In this document: one piece after another, positions 38,670 to 51,560 of the stretch | How positions within the stretch are numbered: the stretch's first letter is position 1 | Layout of the letters: each line of letters begins with the position of its first letter | Made by a program: the position numbers and the translations under genes | The notes under the pieces: generated by a model | The model's input: only the letters and a program-made list of their open reading frames with translations | The model's database searches: none | What the model was told of the DNA's origin: nothing | Source: Octopus sinensis | Taxonomy: Eukaryota | Direction of reading: 5' to 3' | NCBI RefSeq assembly: GCF_006345805.1 | Contig: NC_043016.1 | Location: forward strand, 20,770,001 to 20,834,000 | Length of the DNA stretch: 64,000 bases

Positions 38670-39262
38670 TGAGGTGCATTCAAAAAGTATTTGACTTTAT
38701 TTTTACCTGCCAAAACTAATGCCGTGAGGCAAAGTCCTTTGGATGGAAGGTGATGCCACCCTTCCTACACATGCATGAAAATTTTTGTGCCAGTAGGCCA
38801 CCTCAGTTCCCAACAGTTACACCTAGAGCACAGATGTGTTGTGCATGCTCATCAGATTTTTGTTTACATGCAAGATGACTGAACCCATTGACCAGAGACC
38901 ATAAATCCATGTCTCATCACCAATGATGATAGTCTTCATGAAGTCTGGATCATGGTTTTGCACAGTCCAGCACCCTCTGCATACACAAATTCTCCATTGA
39001 AATGGAACACACTGACTGAGTGCTTATTCTCACTTTATGAGCAGTTTCTTGGGTTGTTATGTGACAGTCTTCCATGACTATTTGCTGAACCTTCTCAATC
39101 ACATCCTCGTTTGGGCTTGTGGATGGCCTGTCTGAATGAGCCTCACTCTTCAATGAAGCACAGCCATGTTTGAAACAGCTGTACAACTCCTTTATCTGAA
39201 TGTTTCCCATGGCATCATTGCCAAAGCCCTGCTGAATCTTCTGGATGCTTTGAATTGTATGA
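38670..39262. mobile_element. Mariner fragment with an internal inversion
   Basis: Plus strand TA|TGAGGTGCATTCAAAAAG TIR through ATG MTEPIDQR (38875-38898), then minus-strand transposase ...GNDAMG..RPSTS..IEKVQQIV..DPDFMKTIIIGDETWIYG (39262 down to 38899). Confidence 0.75.
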
Positions 39263-40058
39263 GTGAATATAAGTACATGTTATCATAAATGTTCTTGTTT
39301 GATGGTCTATAGGTTAGCAGTAATTTCTCTTTCAACATCAGGAAATGTGTCTTGACTACACTATGCTGATAACCCTTAATCTAGCCTCTCTTACTTTCTC
39401 CTCCTCCCTATTTCTTTCTCTCTGTCTTCCTCTTATCTCTTATCTCTGACCATCTATTTAAAGAAATTATTTAATGTGACACTGTCCATTGATTGCTTTA
39501 TCAACCATAGGCCTATGAAATCTGGCTAAACCTCAATGTGTTTTCATTTTCTTTGTTGATGCCAAAATGAGAGAGTCAGTTTATATTCCACATCTTAATA
39601 TTTTTTCTCTGAACCAAATTTTATATTTTAATTCACCTGAAGAAAACGTTTATTTTTTCATGATGTAATCAAATTATTCATCAATAAAAAAAATACATCT
39701 GAAAGAGCTGTAGTGAATCTTTAATTCATCTATGCTCTTTCTTTGTGTAAACACTTCACCCGGAACCTTCTTCATGTTCAATCTGGAACTTACATTGGAT
39801 CATGAAACAGCATGTTGGTATGCATGGGTATATAATTTAATGTACATGTATATCTATATGTTTGTGTATATTGATGTGTTCATATACAAGTATATGTAAG
39901 TGTATGAATATGTCCATATATGCATGGGTATATGCAAGCATGTTTATATATGGTATATACACAGATGTGAAGATCTCATCCCTTACTTAGTGTTCTTAAT
40001 ATTAAAATACCTTGATTCTAATGAACCCTACAGATAATTAATTAATTATATATATATA

Positions 40059-40442
40059 ATATTAATAGTTATTGCCAAGCTAATATGGCAGTCCAGAAAT
40101 ATAGGACAAATGCTGCCGTTGATTAGCTCCAAGAGGCCATCACCTCTAGCTAGCTATGTGACACACAAACATTTGAACAGGGGAGGTCAGCCACTTCCCC
40201 TTGCTGGTCAGGTATCTGCAGACTAGTTTCAGGGTATTTACCCCTTATCAATGTAGAGCGGCCGAACCCAGCAAGCATCGCTACCGACCATCTGTTTGAA
40301 GGATTATTTACCTAAATTCAGTGGACACAGGTTCATGAGTCACATAGCTAGCTAGAGGCGATAGCCTTTTGGAGCTAATCGGCAGCAGCATTCGTCCTAT
40401 ATTTCTGGACTGCCATATTAGCTTGGTGATAACTGTTAATAT
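40059..40442. repeat. Foldback element: ~104-bp inverted arms around a ~175-bp spacer carrying a hammerhead motif
   Basis: 40059-40162 is the near-perfect reverse complement of 40339-40442. Confidence 0.9.
40215..40257 (-). ncRNA. Minimal type I hammerhead-like motif with U3/A8 core variant
   Basis: Minus strand reads TCTACA TTGATAA GGGGT AAAT ACCCT GAAA CTAGT C TGCAGA: palindromic stem III ACTAGT, GTC triplet, stem I 5 of 6 pairs. Confidence 0.55.
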
Positions 40443-40476
40443 CCAGTACCGCTTCTTTTCTGATATATGTCTTATT

Positions 40477-40522
<46 letters not shown>

Positions 40523-40658
40523 TAAATATTAGGGAATAAATCCAAATTTACAGGGAAAAAATCAGATTTAGGATTAAATCGATTTTATAGTAAAATATTA
40601 TAAAATATTATTCGAGACAAAACCACTATTTTGCAAAATAGTGGTTTTGTCTCGAATA

Positions 40659-40706
<48 letters not shown>

Positions 40707-40865
40707 TATGCATATATATATGTGTGTGTGTGTGTATGTATATAGTTCATAGATGAGATCCAAAGATTCTCCATATGTACATACATACATACATACAGAC
40801 AGACAGACAGAGAACAATGGTATATAAGTGTGCACACTCCTGCAATATTCTCTTTTCTTTTTCAG

Positions 40866-42702
40866 TATGAAAAACCTGTATCAAACACTCCACCAACAAT
40901 CATGATCACAAGCACCATCGCTCCAGTAATGTAAGCATGTCACCTCACAGCCAAAGTGAAAGCTCTCCTCACAGTGTTGTCCTAGATGAAATACCTAGCA
41001 CAGTGGCACCAACTTCCCAATCACCCACCTTAGCAACCCCGACTATATCATCCATTCGTAATCGTGACAACAACAACAACAATGATGATAATGATGATGT
41101 TGATGATGATGGTTTCAGTGGTGTCAGCGATAGCAAAAACAACCTCGCCTGCACCAATATTAGTCCCACCACTGCCACCAATGTCAATGTACCTTGTGAT
41201 ATAGAAGATGAAGCAAAAGTAGAAGATGATCCCATCTCCCTTGCAAATAATGATGCTGAAGAAGATTTCATATACGAGCATCGGCTGAATGCAACTCTGG
41301 AGAGACTTCGCCAACTTCGCAGCAGTGGTGAAGCGATGGAAAGTATAGGGACAACTGATGCAGAAAATGAAGCTGCAGACCTTTCTGCCATGCTGCATGA
41401 ATGCTCGGCACGTGGAGATGCTAAAGCTACTGTTGAACTACTTGCCCTAGGAGCCAATCCTTGCATTTCAGATGTTTACGGCCAGACTGCACTAAATATA
41501 GCTGCCCGTCAGGGACATCTGCAGTGGTGGAAGTGCTTCTGGGTTCACCTCAAGCTCCAGAGCTCACTGATGCAGCTGATAATGATGGCTGGACACCTCT
41601 CCGTTCTGCTGCCTGGGGTGGCCACACTGGTGTTGTTGAAGCTTTATTAGCTGCTGGTGCCCAGGTTGACCGTTGTGATGCTGGTGGAAGAACAGCATTA
41701 CGTGCTGCTGCATGGGGTGGCCGAGAATCTGCTGTCCGTTGTCTCCTTGCACATCATGCTGATGTGAACCGCTGCGACAGCGAGGGACGAACTGCTCTCA
41801 TTGCTGCTGCATACATGGGACATGCTTCCATTGTAGAACATCTCCTTGATGTTGGTGCATCTGTAGACCATGAAGATGCTGATGGCCGAACTGCCCTCTC
41901 TGTGGCTGCTTCACTTTGTGGCACAGGTTTTGTTGCATTCGTTTCTCCTGGAACAGTCAACCAGGATGCCGATGAGTGTGAATTTGATACTCAGCTTGGG
42001 AATGTAAATATTCGGGATGATGATGAAGACAATGATGATGGTACAAGGGGTGGTTTAGAGGCAGGAACAAGGGGGAAAAAGAAATACCCCACTGTCAATG
42101 ACAATGATCTTGGCACAGAGGGAGAAATAGTGGATGATATAAGCAAACTAGAGAGACAAAAGGAAGGACGAGCAAGTGCATTCAGCCAACAGCAAGGACA
42201 TGATCAAAGTTACCCACCCCAGAACGTTTCCTCTGCTGCCATCAGCAATGGCATGGCACAAGAAGAGCAACAGCAACAGCAATACCAGCATCAAAACCAT
42301 GATGCAGTCGTAGCATTGCTGCTTGCCCGGGGTGCATTTGTTGACCACAGAGACCTTGATGGTGCCACTCCTTTGCTGGTAGCTGCTCATGAGGGTCGCG
42401 AAGAAGCATGTGAGCTGCTTTTAGAATGGGATGCAGACGTTGATGCTGCCGACACAGCTGGACGTACACCACTGCTAGCAGCTGCAGCAGCTGGCCATGC
42501 AGGTGTGGTTCGTCAGTTGCTTTACTGGAATGCTGCAGTTGATGCCATTGACGGGGAAGGACGCACTGTGCTGAGCGTGGCTGCTGCCCAAGGTGATGCA
42601 GATGTTGTGGGGCTTCTACTGGAGCGAGGACTGGATGAAATGCATAAAGATAATGCTGGGTGGACTCCTTTACACATGGCTGCATACGAAGGACATAGAA
42701 AG
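40866..42702 (+). CDS. ANKRD50: ANKRD50 coding exon 2 (ankyrin repeats); two apparent 1-nt deletions at ~40870-40874 and ~41518
   Basis: Acceptor tcttttctttttcag at 40865; donor AAG|gtgaga after 42702. Ankyrin repeats [82 protein letters not shown] are spread over ORFs 40937-41650 and 41461-42714. The 5' boundary is less certain. Confidence 0.85.
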
Positions 42703-44345
42703 GTGAGAGACTGACTCATTCTTTTCATTTTTCTATTTTAACACCTACTATTTGTGTTGGTGGTGCCATTGTCAGTTTTGATTTGATTGTTTGAGTCATT
42801 GTTGCTGTTTCTGTTGGTGGTGCTATTGTTACTTACATTTGTCAGAACTCCCACCATTTACTTAATTTAAAGTACTTGAATATTGAATAGTAAGTATATT
42901 TTATATTTAGGAGACTGTATTGTGATTTTTTCTTGGTTGGAGATCACTTAATCCAGTAGGTACAGAGTCAATGACGGCTGGTTAGGGATAGGTTTCTAGG
43001 TAAGAAAAAAGATTATGCATATTTAGTGTTAGTGTGTCTGTCATGGCTGTGAACTGGTGTAGATAAGTTAGGTGTTGGGGGATGATTTGGACTTAGGTGG
43101 TATCTATAAAGACTGATACCTGGTATTAACTACAGGAATATTGAGACCATAGAATATGCAAACTATATATTAATTATAAACTAAGAGGTATGATATAAGC
43201 TTTAAAAGTTACCAGTATTAATGATAGTATACTTGAGCAAGTATTTTCCACTATAGCCTCGGTCGACCAAAGTCTTATTTGGTAGACAGAAACTGAAACT
43301 CGTTATGTGTGTGTGTGTGAGTGTGTGTGTGTGTGTATGTGTGTGTGTATGTGCCTCTGTGTCTGTGTTTGATCCTTAAACACTGCTTGACTACCGGTGT
43401 GAGTGTGTTTACGTTCCCAACAGAACAAGTACCTACCTTTAAAAAACAAGTGCTGGGATTGATTTGTTCGACGAAAATTCCTTAAATCAGTGCTCCAGCA
43501 TGGCCGTAGTCCCATGACTGAAACATATATATATTTTGCAGAATCAGTGTGGGATAAGTATAAAAGCCTAGAGGAGTAGTATACAAAAAGTTATTTAAGA
43601 TGATGGCTTTATATAAGATGTAGTTGTGATATCAGTGCCGGTGGCACGTAAAAAGCACCAACCGATCGTGGCCATTGCCAGCCTCGCCTGGCACCTGTGT
43701 CGGTGGCACGTAAAAAGCACCCACTACACTCACAGAGTGGTTGGCGTTAGGAAGGGCATCCAGCTGTAGAAACACTGCCAGATCAGACTGGAGCCTGGTG
43801 CAGCCTGCTGGCTTTCCAGACCCCAGTTGAACCGTCCAACCCATGCTAGCATGGAAAACGGACGTTAAACGATGATGATGATGTTTGATGTACAGAAACT
43901 GAGATGATCAAATAGCTGATAGTGTTTGGAGAGTGATAGAGGCATCAGAGTAGAGGAATCAGAAGTTGATCATAAAAAGACTTTGTTGTTGATGAACTTC
44001 AGGTAAAAGAGATAAAATGCAATGAATGGATTTTATAGCATGCATATATATTTCTGAATAAAGTTAGAATATAGAGTGTAATGTGAACATTATAGAGGTA
44101 TTAGAGACTGAGTGTTGAAGATTTATGACAAAGAATGTTTCTATGTTACTTGGTGGTGAATAGGGTTGAAGCTAGACCAATGTCTATGTATGCTTGTGAA
44201 GAGGAAGAAGGGTTGTTCAAAGTGTTTTTGTTTCATATATTTGATCTGTGCTTCATACATACATATGTGCATGTGAGTGTATCTGTGAGTGTATTTCATA
44301 TATATACATCTACACATATTTATCTATATCTCTATCTATTTGCAG

Positions 44346-46460
44346 GTCTGTGACATACTGATTGAACACGGTGCAAAAGTGAATGAGACAGACAATGACG
44401 GTCGCCATGCCCTCATACTAGCAGCCCAGGAGGGAAATCTCTCTGTAGTGGAGGGTCTGCTACGACATGGTGCTAGTGTGGATCAGCGTTCACATGATGG
44501 CAAGACAGCACTACGAGTCAGCTGCCTGGAAGGCCACGAAGCTGTAGCCAGCCTTTTGCTGCTTGGACACCCTTATCCTCCCGAACGAGGCTGTGGTCTC
44601 ATTTTGGTTGGTGGGGGAACTGGGGGTGTAGGAGAAGGTGGGGACGGTGAACCGTTTTCTTCATCCCCTCCATTGCCACCACAGCTAGGCGTTCGCAGGC
44701 GCCGGCGCCGTGGCTACAATCCTCAACCACAGCCTCACTCTCGAGCACTCCACTCACCAGAGACATTGTTGCTTCACTCTCCATCACACTCACCCACACA
44801 GTCACCCTCACACTCACAACTACACACACAGACACATTTGCAACTGGACCCAGATTCTGAATTACAGTCACCTTCACAGCATTCACATTCGACACCACCA
44901 CCACCAACACAAGTACAAGGAGCAGATGAAGAAACTGATACCTGCCGTAACTTCTCACCCTCACCACCACCACTGCCTCCACGTCACCGCTCTCCAACCC
45001 GAATTCGACATCGGAACTCTGCTTCTGCCATACCTTCTTCTGTTGCCAATTTTGCAGCAGACTCTACACCTTCTGCATTTATTGCTGCTACTAGTTCTGC
45101 TTTCAGTGCTGCTGTCACCTCTACTCCTTCCACTGCTATTGCAGCATCTGCTCCCATCCCCACCGTTGCCAACACTACATCTGTTGCTGTACCTCTTCCC
45201 ATCAAGAGAAAACAGCGGTTATGTGGTGGACCCATTAGCTACAGTGTTGGTGGTGGCGGTGGCGGACCATTGGGCTCAATTCTGGGAACTGGATGTTTGG
45301 CTGATCCAAATTACCATGATGCCGATGGCCGCTCAACATTGTATGTATTAGCACTGGAGAACCGTGTGCGCATGGCTGCCTTTTTGCTGGCCAATGGCGC
45401 TGACGTAGAAGGTGTTGACCCAGAAGGACGAACTGCATTACATGTGGCTGCCTGGCAAGGTCATGTTGACATGGTACGCCTACTTGCAGATGTGGGTGGT
45501 GCAGATTTAGACGCCGCCGACAATGAGCAACGCACACCACTGCAATCAGCCGCTTGGCGTGGCCACGCAGGTGTGGCGCGCGCGCTATTGAGACGTGGTG
45601 CTGCTGTAGACCGTGCTTGCAGCCAGGGAGCGACAGCATTGTGTGTAGCCTCACAAGAGGGACATGCTGGCGTTGTGCGCACTTTGCTTGCGCATGGAGC
45701 TGACCCATCACGTGCTGACCGCTACGGTCGGACACCCCTGCGTGTTGCACTGAAAAGTGGACATCGAGAGGTCTATGCACTGCTCATGCATGCTGCTCGG
45801 CATGGCCGGATAGGTCATACTGACCAGGCAGTACCCCCATTGCCAGGTGGTGGAGAACATGATGATGCAGAATATGGAGAATTTTATGACTATGATGACG
45901 CAGAAGCACATGCTGACAATGATTATGATGATTATTATGATTATTACAATGAAGAGAATGATGAAGAGGGCAAAGAGCGTCATCGCAGTCATACTGACTA
46001 CCAGTATCACCCCAATGATAACAGCAATGGTAGAAGACATGGCAGTTACATGGTGGAAGCGGCACCTGCAACACCTCAAGAACAACCAGCATCTTCATCA
46101 GCTTCACCAACACCACCACCACTCCCTCCACGATCTCGTGTTGATGTTGATGCTGCTGCTGATGCTGATAGAACTATGACAACTGATGCTGGTCCTACAG
46201 TAGTTGTTGATGCTGCTGATGTTAACAATGTTAAGTATGATAAGCATGTCCAGCAACATCGTCCTCACAAACAACAGCACCATCAGCATCAACGTCGCCT
46301 TCATCATAATAGTGACCACACTGGTGGTGGTGGTGGTGGTGGTGGCTCTAGCATTGCCCCTAGTGGAGGCAGCAACGATGTAAACTATCAGCGCCGCCAA
46401 AACCGCCATCGACATTCCCGACAACAGGAAGACAAGGTGCGCCGTTCACGTCAACAATAA
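44346..46460 (+). CDS. ANKRD50: ANKRD50 coding exon 3 (C-terminal ankyrin repeats and low-complexity tail), stop TAA
   Basis: Acceptor tttgcag at 44345, in frame with the exon 2 donor: GHRK|[10 protein letters not shown]. Repeats [56 protein letters not shown] are colinear with vertebrate ANKRD50. Confidence 0.9.
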   Translation, partial: VCDILIEHGAKVNETDNDGRHALILAAQEGNLSVVEGLLRHGASVDQRSHDGKTALRVSCLEGHEAVASLLLLGHPYPPERGCGLILVGGGTGGVGEGGDGEPFSSSPPLPPQLGVRRRRRRGYNPQPQPHSRALHSPETLLLHSPSHSPTQSPSHSQLHTQTHLQLDPDSELQSPSQHSHSTPPPPTQVQGADEETDTCRNFSPSPPPLPPRHRSPTRIRHRNSASAIPSSVANFAADSTPSAFIAATSSAFSAAVTSTPSTAIAASAPIPTVANTTSVAVPLPIKRKQRLCGGPISYSVGGGGGGPLGSILGTGCLADPNYHDADGRSTLYVLALENRVRMAAFLLANGADVEGVDPEGRTALHVAAWQGHVDMVRLLADVGGADLDAADNEQRTPLQSAAWRGHAGVARALLRRGAAVDRACSQGATALCVASQEGHAGVVRTLLAHGADPSRADRYGRTPLRVALKSGHREVYALLMHAARHGRIGHTDQAVPPLPGGGEHDDAEYGEFYDYDDAEAHADNDYDDYYDYYNEENDEEGKERHRSHTDYQYHPNDNSNGRRHGSYMVEAAPATPQEQPASSSASPTPPPLPPRSRVDVDAAADADRTMTTDAGPTVVVDAADVNNVKYDKHVQQHRPHKQQHHQHQRRLHHNSDHTGGGGGGGGSSIAPSGGSNDVNYQRRQNRHRHSRQQEDKVRRSRQQ

Positions 46461-49400
46461 AAACACACATTAATACAAGATTGACAGTGATTTGAACTCT
46501 CAACCTTGATCACTGACTCAAAAAAAAAAACAAAGTAAAAAATGAAATTGACTTCCCTACTAGCATGTAAATGACTAACTCTAACAACAGTTATGAATCT
46601 GAAACTTAAGCTGGCTATAAACCCTGCTCTAACTTAACTTAACAAAAACCTCTATCTTAACCCTTAACCTGAAGTCTAACCTTAATACTAACCCTAAATT
46701 TAACTTGCCTTATTATTCATCTTTCTGTGAAACCAAAACTAGACTAGATGTGACCATGCATGACATTTTGGTTTTCAAACTTAATTCCAAATTATCTGTT
46801 TAACTTTCGACCTTAGTTTTCTGACTACTAGCATCAATCTCTGCCACTGTAATTAAAGGGGACTACTAATTAACCTCATTTAACTTCCAACTTACGTTCA
46901 CACTTCTAATTTTCCCTCAACTTTTTCCTTTGCCTTTGGCTTTTGCTTTTTTTTCATTCTAACTTCAATCTCTATCTTTTGATGGATAAAAATAGGAACA
47001 CTATTAACCAGAAGTAATTAATCAGCTTTGATTGATTTGTAAATTAGTGAGCAAAAGAAAAATTATGTATGAATTTCATCTTTGTTTTTTAATACTATAA
47101 AAAAAATTTAAAAAAAGGTTCTCTCATAACCGAAAATGAACCACAGATTGAATGGTAGATACTAAATGTAACTAGTATTAAGGAATGGTGACAAAAATAA
47201 CTACTTATGACCTATGATTATTGATTTGCTTCAAACTTTTCAATTTTAAAACTTCTCAATTTTTATCAACTTCTACCTTTCTCCCCTTCATTTCACCTAT
47301 TCTGACCAAAAGAAAACTATGGATTGACTGGAAATATGACTGGAAAAATGGGAATCACATATCAACTTGATCTTCAATTTTAGCTATTACAGCTTTAATT
47401 GGCTGGAAGTTACCGTAATTTTTGATGAAAAACAATTTTTAAAATTTGCTCATCTGTGAACTCAAGTATAGAACAGGAGTGATGGACATATAATTAACCA
47501 TCATTTTGGAAGAAAGTAAATTGGAAAGAGAAATAAAGAATCATGTAAGAACTATAACTCAAAGCGATGCACTAGATATTCTCTACAATTTTTGAGGTAT
47601 ATAACATCAAAGAAAATTATGCATGCACTTTGATCTTTGAATTTGACCTTTGTTTTTGTTATTGTTGTTGTCCTAAAGAAATTCAATGTTGTAATTTATT
47701 TGAAGAGGCAGAATTGCTTCAGCTTGGATTTACTTGAGATTTGAAACTTCTCAGGAGAACTTTGTCATGGGGACTGTGCCTCAAGCAAGTTTAGTACAGC
47801 AATATGCCTTCCTGTTGGTATATAGGTTCTATATCAAAAAGGCTGCTCTGTTGTTAACACTTTATTTTTTATAATTTTGTTCTTTGAATTCAACCTCAAA
47901 TTATTTTTAGGAATTTTGCATGACAGTTGGCCAGAATTAAGGAAGTTATTGTCATTTTGTGGGAATGTAGTTTAAAAAATGAATAATTTATCAGCTTTGA
48001 GCTTTAAACTTCTAACTGACCTAAAATAATTAAGTATTACAAAAAAAAATTGTATCATGTATGAGCTGTGACTTTTGAATTCAACTGCAACTGGAGTTAA
48101 TTTTTTCCTGTCTTTGATTTTTTTTTTTTACATATCTACATCTTTCTCATCCTTACTGCTATTAAAATTAAAATTAAAAATTAAAACCACAGTTAAACCA
48201 GAAAGAATAAACAATGATTTTGTGGTGGAACCCCCCTCCCCCCACCCCAAATCTTTTGACTACTGTTTGATCCCATCGCAAATCAAAAATAGTGGCAAAT
48301 GACATCAGGAATATGATATGTGACTTACAAATTTCACTTGAAGTGTTTTTCACTTTGGATTTTGTTTCTTGACACCCAACTCTTAAACATTTTTCTGTGA
48401 CAAAAATGGAACTGGAAGCTATTTTGGGTTAAGACGTTATAAAAAGAAAATAGGAATTATGTATGGACTTCAAGTCACATTTGGACAAAAGGTGTGGTCA
48501 TTCATGGGGAGACTAGTGGAAATGAAAATAAATAAATTATGTATGAACTTTCAAATTAGACCAGAAGTGATAAACCAAAAGTTACCCTTATTTTGACCTC
48601 AAAAGGTCAAAAATTGGTTATTTGTTTCTGACTTCTCTTCCTTCTTAATACAGACTGGATGTATTAGATCAAAATAAGACTGAATGACAAACAATCTTGT
48701 AATTGGCATCAACCATCAAATTTTAGTTTTGATTCTAGTTTTGATTCTTGTTCTATTCTGCAACTTCTGAATAGCCAAACTAGAAGTGATGAAGCCAAAT
48801 ATTCCTTATATAACAAAAACTCCTGATTTGTTTTGGAATAGAGTAACAGATTAACTAGAAATTTGAATTTGGGGGATAATGGAAAAGAAATAAATTTTGT
48901 ATAAAGTGTGACCATCAAATTTAATTTCAGTTTCACACTTACTTTTCTGTTTCAAAACAAATTCATTAAAGGGGAAAAGAAGACATACAATCCATGTAAA
49001 AACTGAACTGAAATTTTTTTTAAATCAGATCTCTGATTTTCGGTTTTGATTTTAACTTTTGATGTCTAAATAGAAAAGAAGAATACATCAACACACACAC
49101 ACACACAAGTACATATAATATCCTGACCCCTCAAAAAAAAATGTATGGATTGATTATAACCAGAAATTGCCTGTACCCTCTCACTTCAGAATTTAGGGAA
49201 CAAAATGTAAATGCTAACAGTAGAATTTTTTAAATATCAAACTGCAAAAAAGGATTTAGAGAAATTTTATCAAATGAACCAAGTGTAACTGTTCACCTTT
49301 GAAATTTTGACAGTTACTTGACCTTTGTTTTTGGTCCTACCCTTTCTTTTGACTTCTTTTAAAAAAGTCAGTGATATAACCAGATAAAACCAAATCAACT

Positions 49401-50100
49401 ATGACCAGGATTTTGTAAAATTCATGATATTAGGTATTAGGTGTTACAGTTACATAGAGGGTAAAACTTTTGCTTGTTTTTTCTGGAAAGATTTCTTTTA
49501 TTCATGCATTCATTCATACACACATGCATATACACACATATGCTTACATGTACACATACTGAGTAGTATTTTAATTTTTATTTTTGATATATGTATAAGA
49601 ACTACAATAGTAACTCATACCTCAAAGACTATATCAATCTGTTACCATTTTTTTTAAAGTTAGATCCTTAAAAGGGACACTTCAATTAAATCAAAGAATT
49701 TTTTTTTTTTTTTAATAATCAAAACAGAACCCTTAAGATTTGTACAAAAGAGGCACAATAAAGCACTGATAAAGAATCGTAGGAAAAACCATAAAGAAAT
49801 CCTTTACTTTTCTCAGATTATCTTGATCTCATGATTTGTGCTAAGAATCCCAAAACAGGACAGCCAGAAAATTATACAATACCAGTTATGTATTTCAATG
49901 TGAAACACTTTATAATCTTTTCATGAATCTGAACTATTGTATAATAATCCTTTTATGACTTTTCCATTCATATTGTTTACTTTTCTTGTTAATTAATTAT
50001 AATTAATTGTACATTGAAAATTAAATTTGTGCATGTACAGGTTACTAGCAGATTGGAAACAATTCTGCTTCTTATAGTTTGGGTCATGCAAAGAATTTTT
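46461..50100 (+). other. ANKRD50: Probable long AT-rich 3' UTR of ANKRD50 (end uncertain)
   Basis: Follows the stop codon and lacks the SINE/RTE copies and long microsatellites that fill the rest of the window. Several AATAAA/ATTAAA hexamers are present. Confidence 0.4.
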
Positions 50101-50849
50101 TTTTTTCATTTGATGTAATTTTTTTAAAAATCACTTTGCAAACCCCTTTTTGTCTCAGATTTTTGTTTTACATATGATCCCTTGTATGGTATTTTCATAC
50201 TCTGGACTCTTTAAAAAGCAAACTTTGAACATTGGATCCTGGTAAAGAAAATACTGTTTTAATGTAGAAATTGAGTGCAAAGTAGTGGGTATATATATTC
50301 TACAACAGAATATATTGGGTGCATACCGTCCTGATATTGAATAGCCTTGAAACTTAGTTTTATGGGTTACACTCCCAGATTTTCAAAACTGATTACCTGT
50401 ATGGCATAGGTTTATCTAATAAACCAGAGACCTAGAAGGTGTGTAATATCATAGCAACAACTACAGGGATCAAACAAACTAGACTTAATATAGTCCTCAA
50501 GAAAAGAAGAACATGGAGTATCCCAACTATGGACAACTGAAATCAGCTACCTATATTATAAAACATCACAATAAACCAGTTTCTATAAACTCCACAGAAA
50601 GACACATGACAGAATATCCTGAATGCACTCTGCTTGAACAAGTTACATAGATGGCTTAGGCTTGTGAGTTTGAGTATGGTTGACATTATGGAATGGAAAG
50701 AGCAACACATGCTATTACACAGAAAAAATAAGCTAGACATACTACAGTCCTCAATGAAGTCAGGGTTTGCAAAATATATATCAAGTGCTGAATCTGTGAC
50801 TCACATTACTAAACATTCAAACTATCTACCAACTTTTATTTTTTGAGCA

Positions 50850-51560
50850 GAGCTGAACATGGTCTATACAATATGAACAATAATATACTGGGCATAGCAC
50901 TCTCATCAACATGAAGAAGGCCATAGTCATGAACTTCTAAATCTGTCGAGTACACTGCACAAGAGATTCAAGACAGCTATGTACACATCATGGGTATCTG
51001 TCTTCTTTACTAGGACACATATAGGACTTCACAACACCAGAGGATATCACCATAGAACACCATCTGGAACACACAATTTGCAAACAAATCCTAGGTGTTG
51101 AACCAACCAACTGTATGACATGAGTGAGTCTGAACAGTACTCACTGTACACTATACACCAGATATGGTTATCCATTGTTCAATCCTGGTCACATTAATGG
51201 ATACAAAATACCCTGTAGTGACATTATATACCCTACCACGATGTCAAAGGAGATTACTTTAGAAAGATAAAAAAAAAAATTAAACATCCATTACCTGTAC
51301 AAAAGTATCAAATGAGATGGACTGGACACCAGATTAGAATGAATGATGTCTGTATGGCCAGATAGTTATTTTACTGTGAATTAAGTCAAATCGGGCGTTT
51401 TGTTGATAGAAGAAGAATCATTTCAAAGATCATCCCAAAATCTTGCATCAACATGCAAGATTGAAGAAATTTACAAAGATGCCCTGACTATTCTTGTCAA
51501 AGCAAGAACATAACAATTTAACCAGAATTCAAGAGGAAACAGAATGAATCTTTGATCAAA
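50850..51560 (+). mobile_element. Very decayed RTE-BovB-like LINE fragment
   Basis: QMRWTGHQIRMND...LFYCEL resembles QLRWAGHV.RM...LFYGEL; INMKKAIVM resembles INLKKTEVM. Confidence 0.5.

Noticed and set aside
46431-46442. Possible phase-0 donor AAG|GTGCGC implying further exons
   Set aside because: Weak donor, an in-frame stop follows 8 codons later, and no downstream exon with recognisable homology was found; cannot be fully excluded.
26671-46460. Alternative assignment as TANC/rolling pebbles or an NLR
   Set aside because: No TPR or LRR domains; N-terminal LQGKxFYxREW and repeat-by-repeat colinearity point to ANKRD50.
46640-46705. TAACC-rich tract resembling telomeric repeats
   Set aside because: Few, irregular units; not an array.
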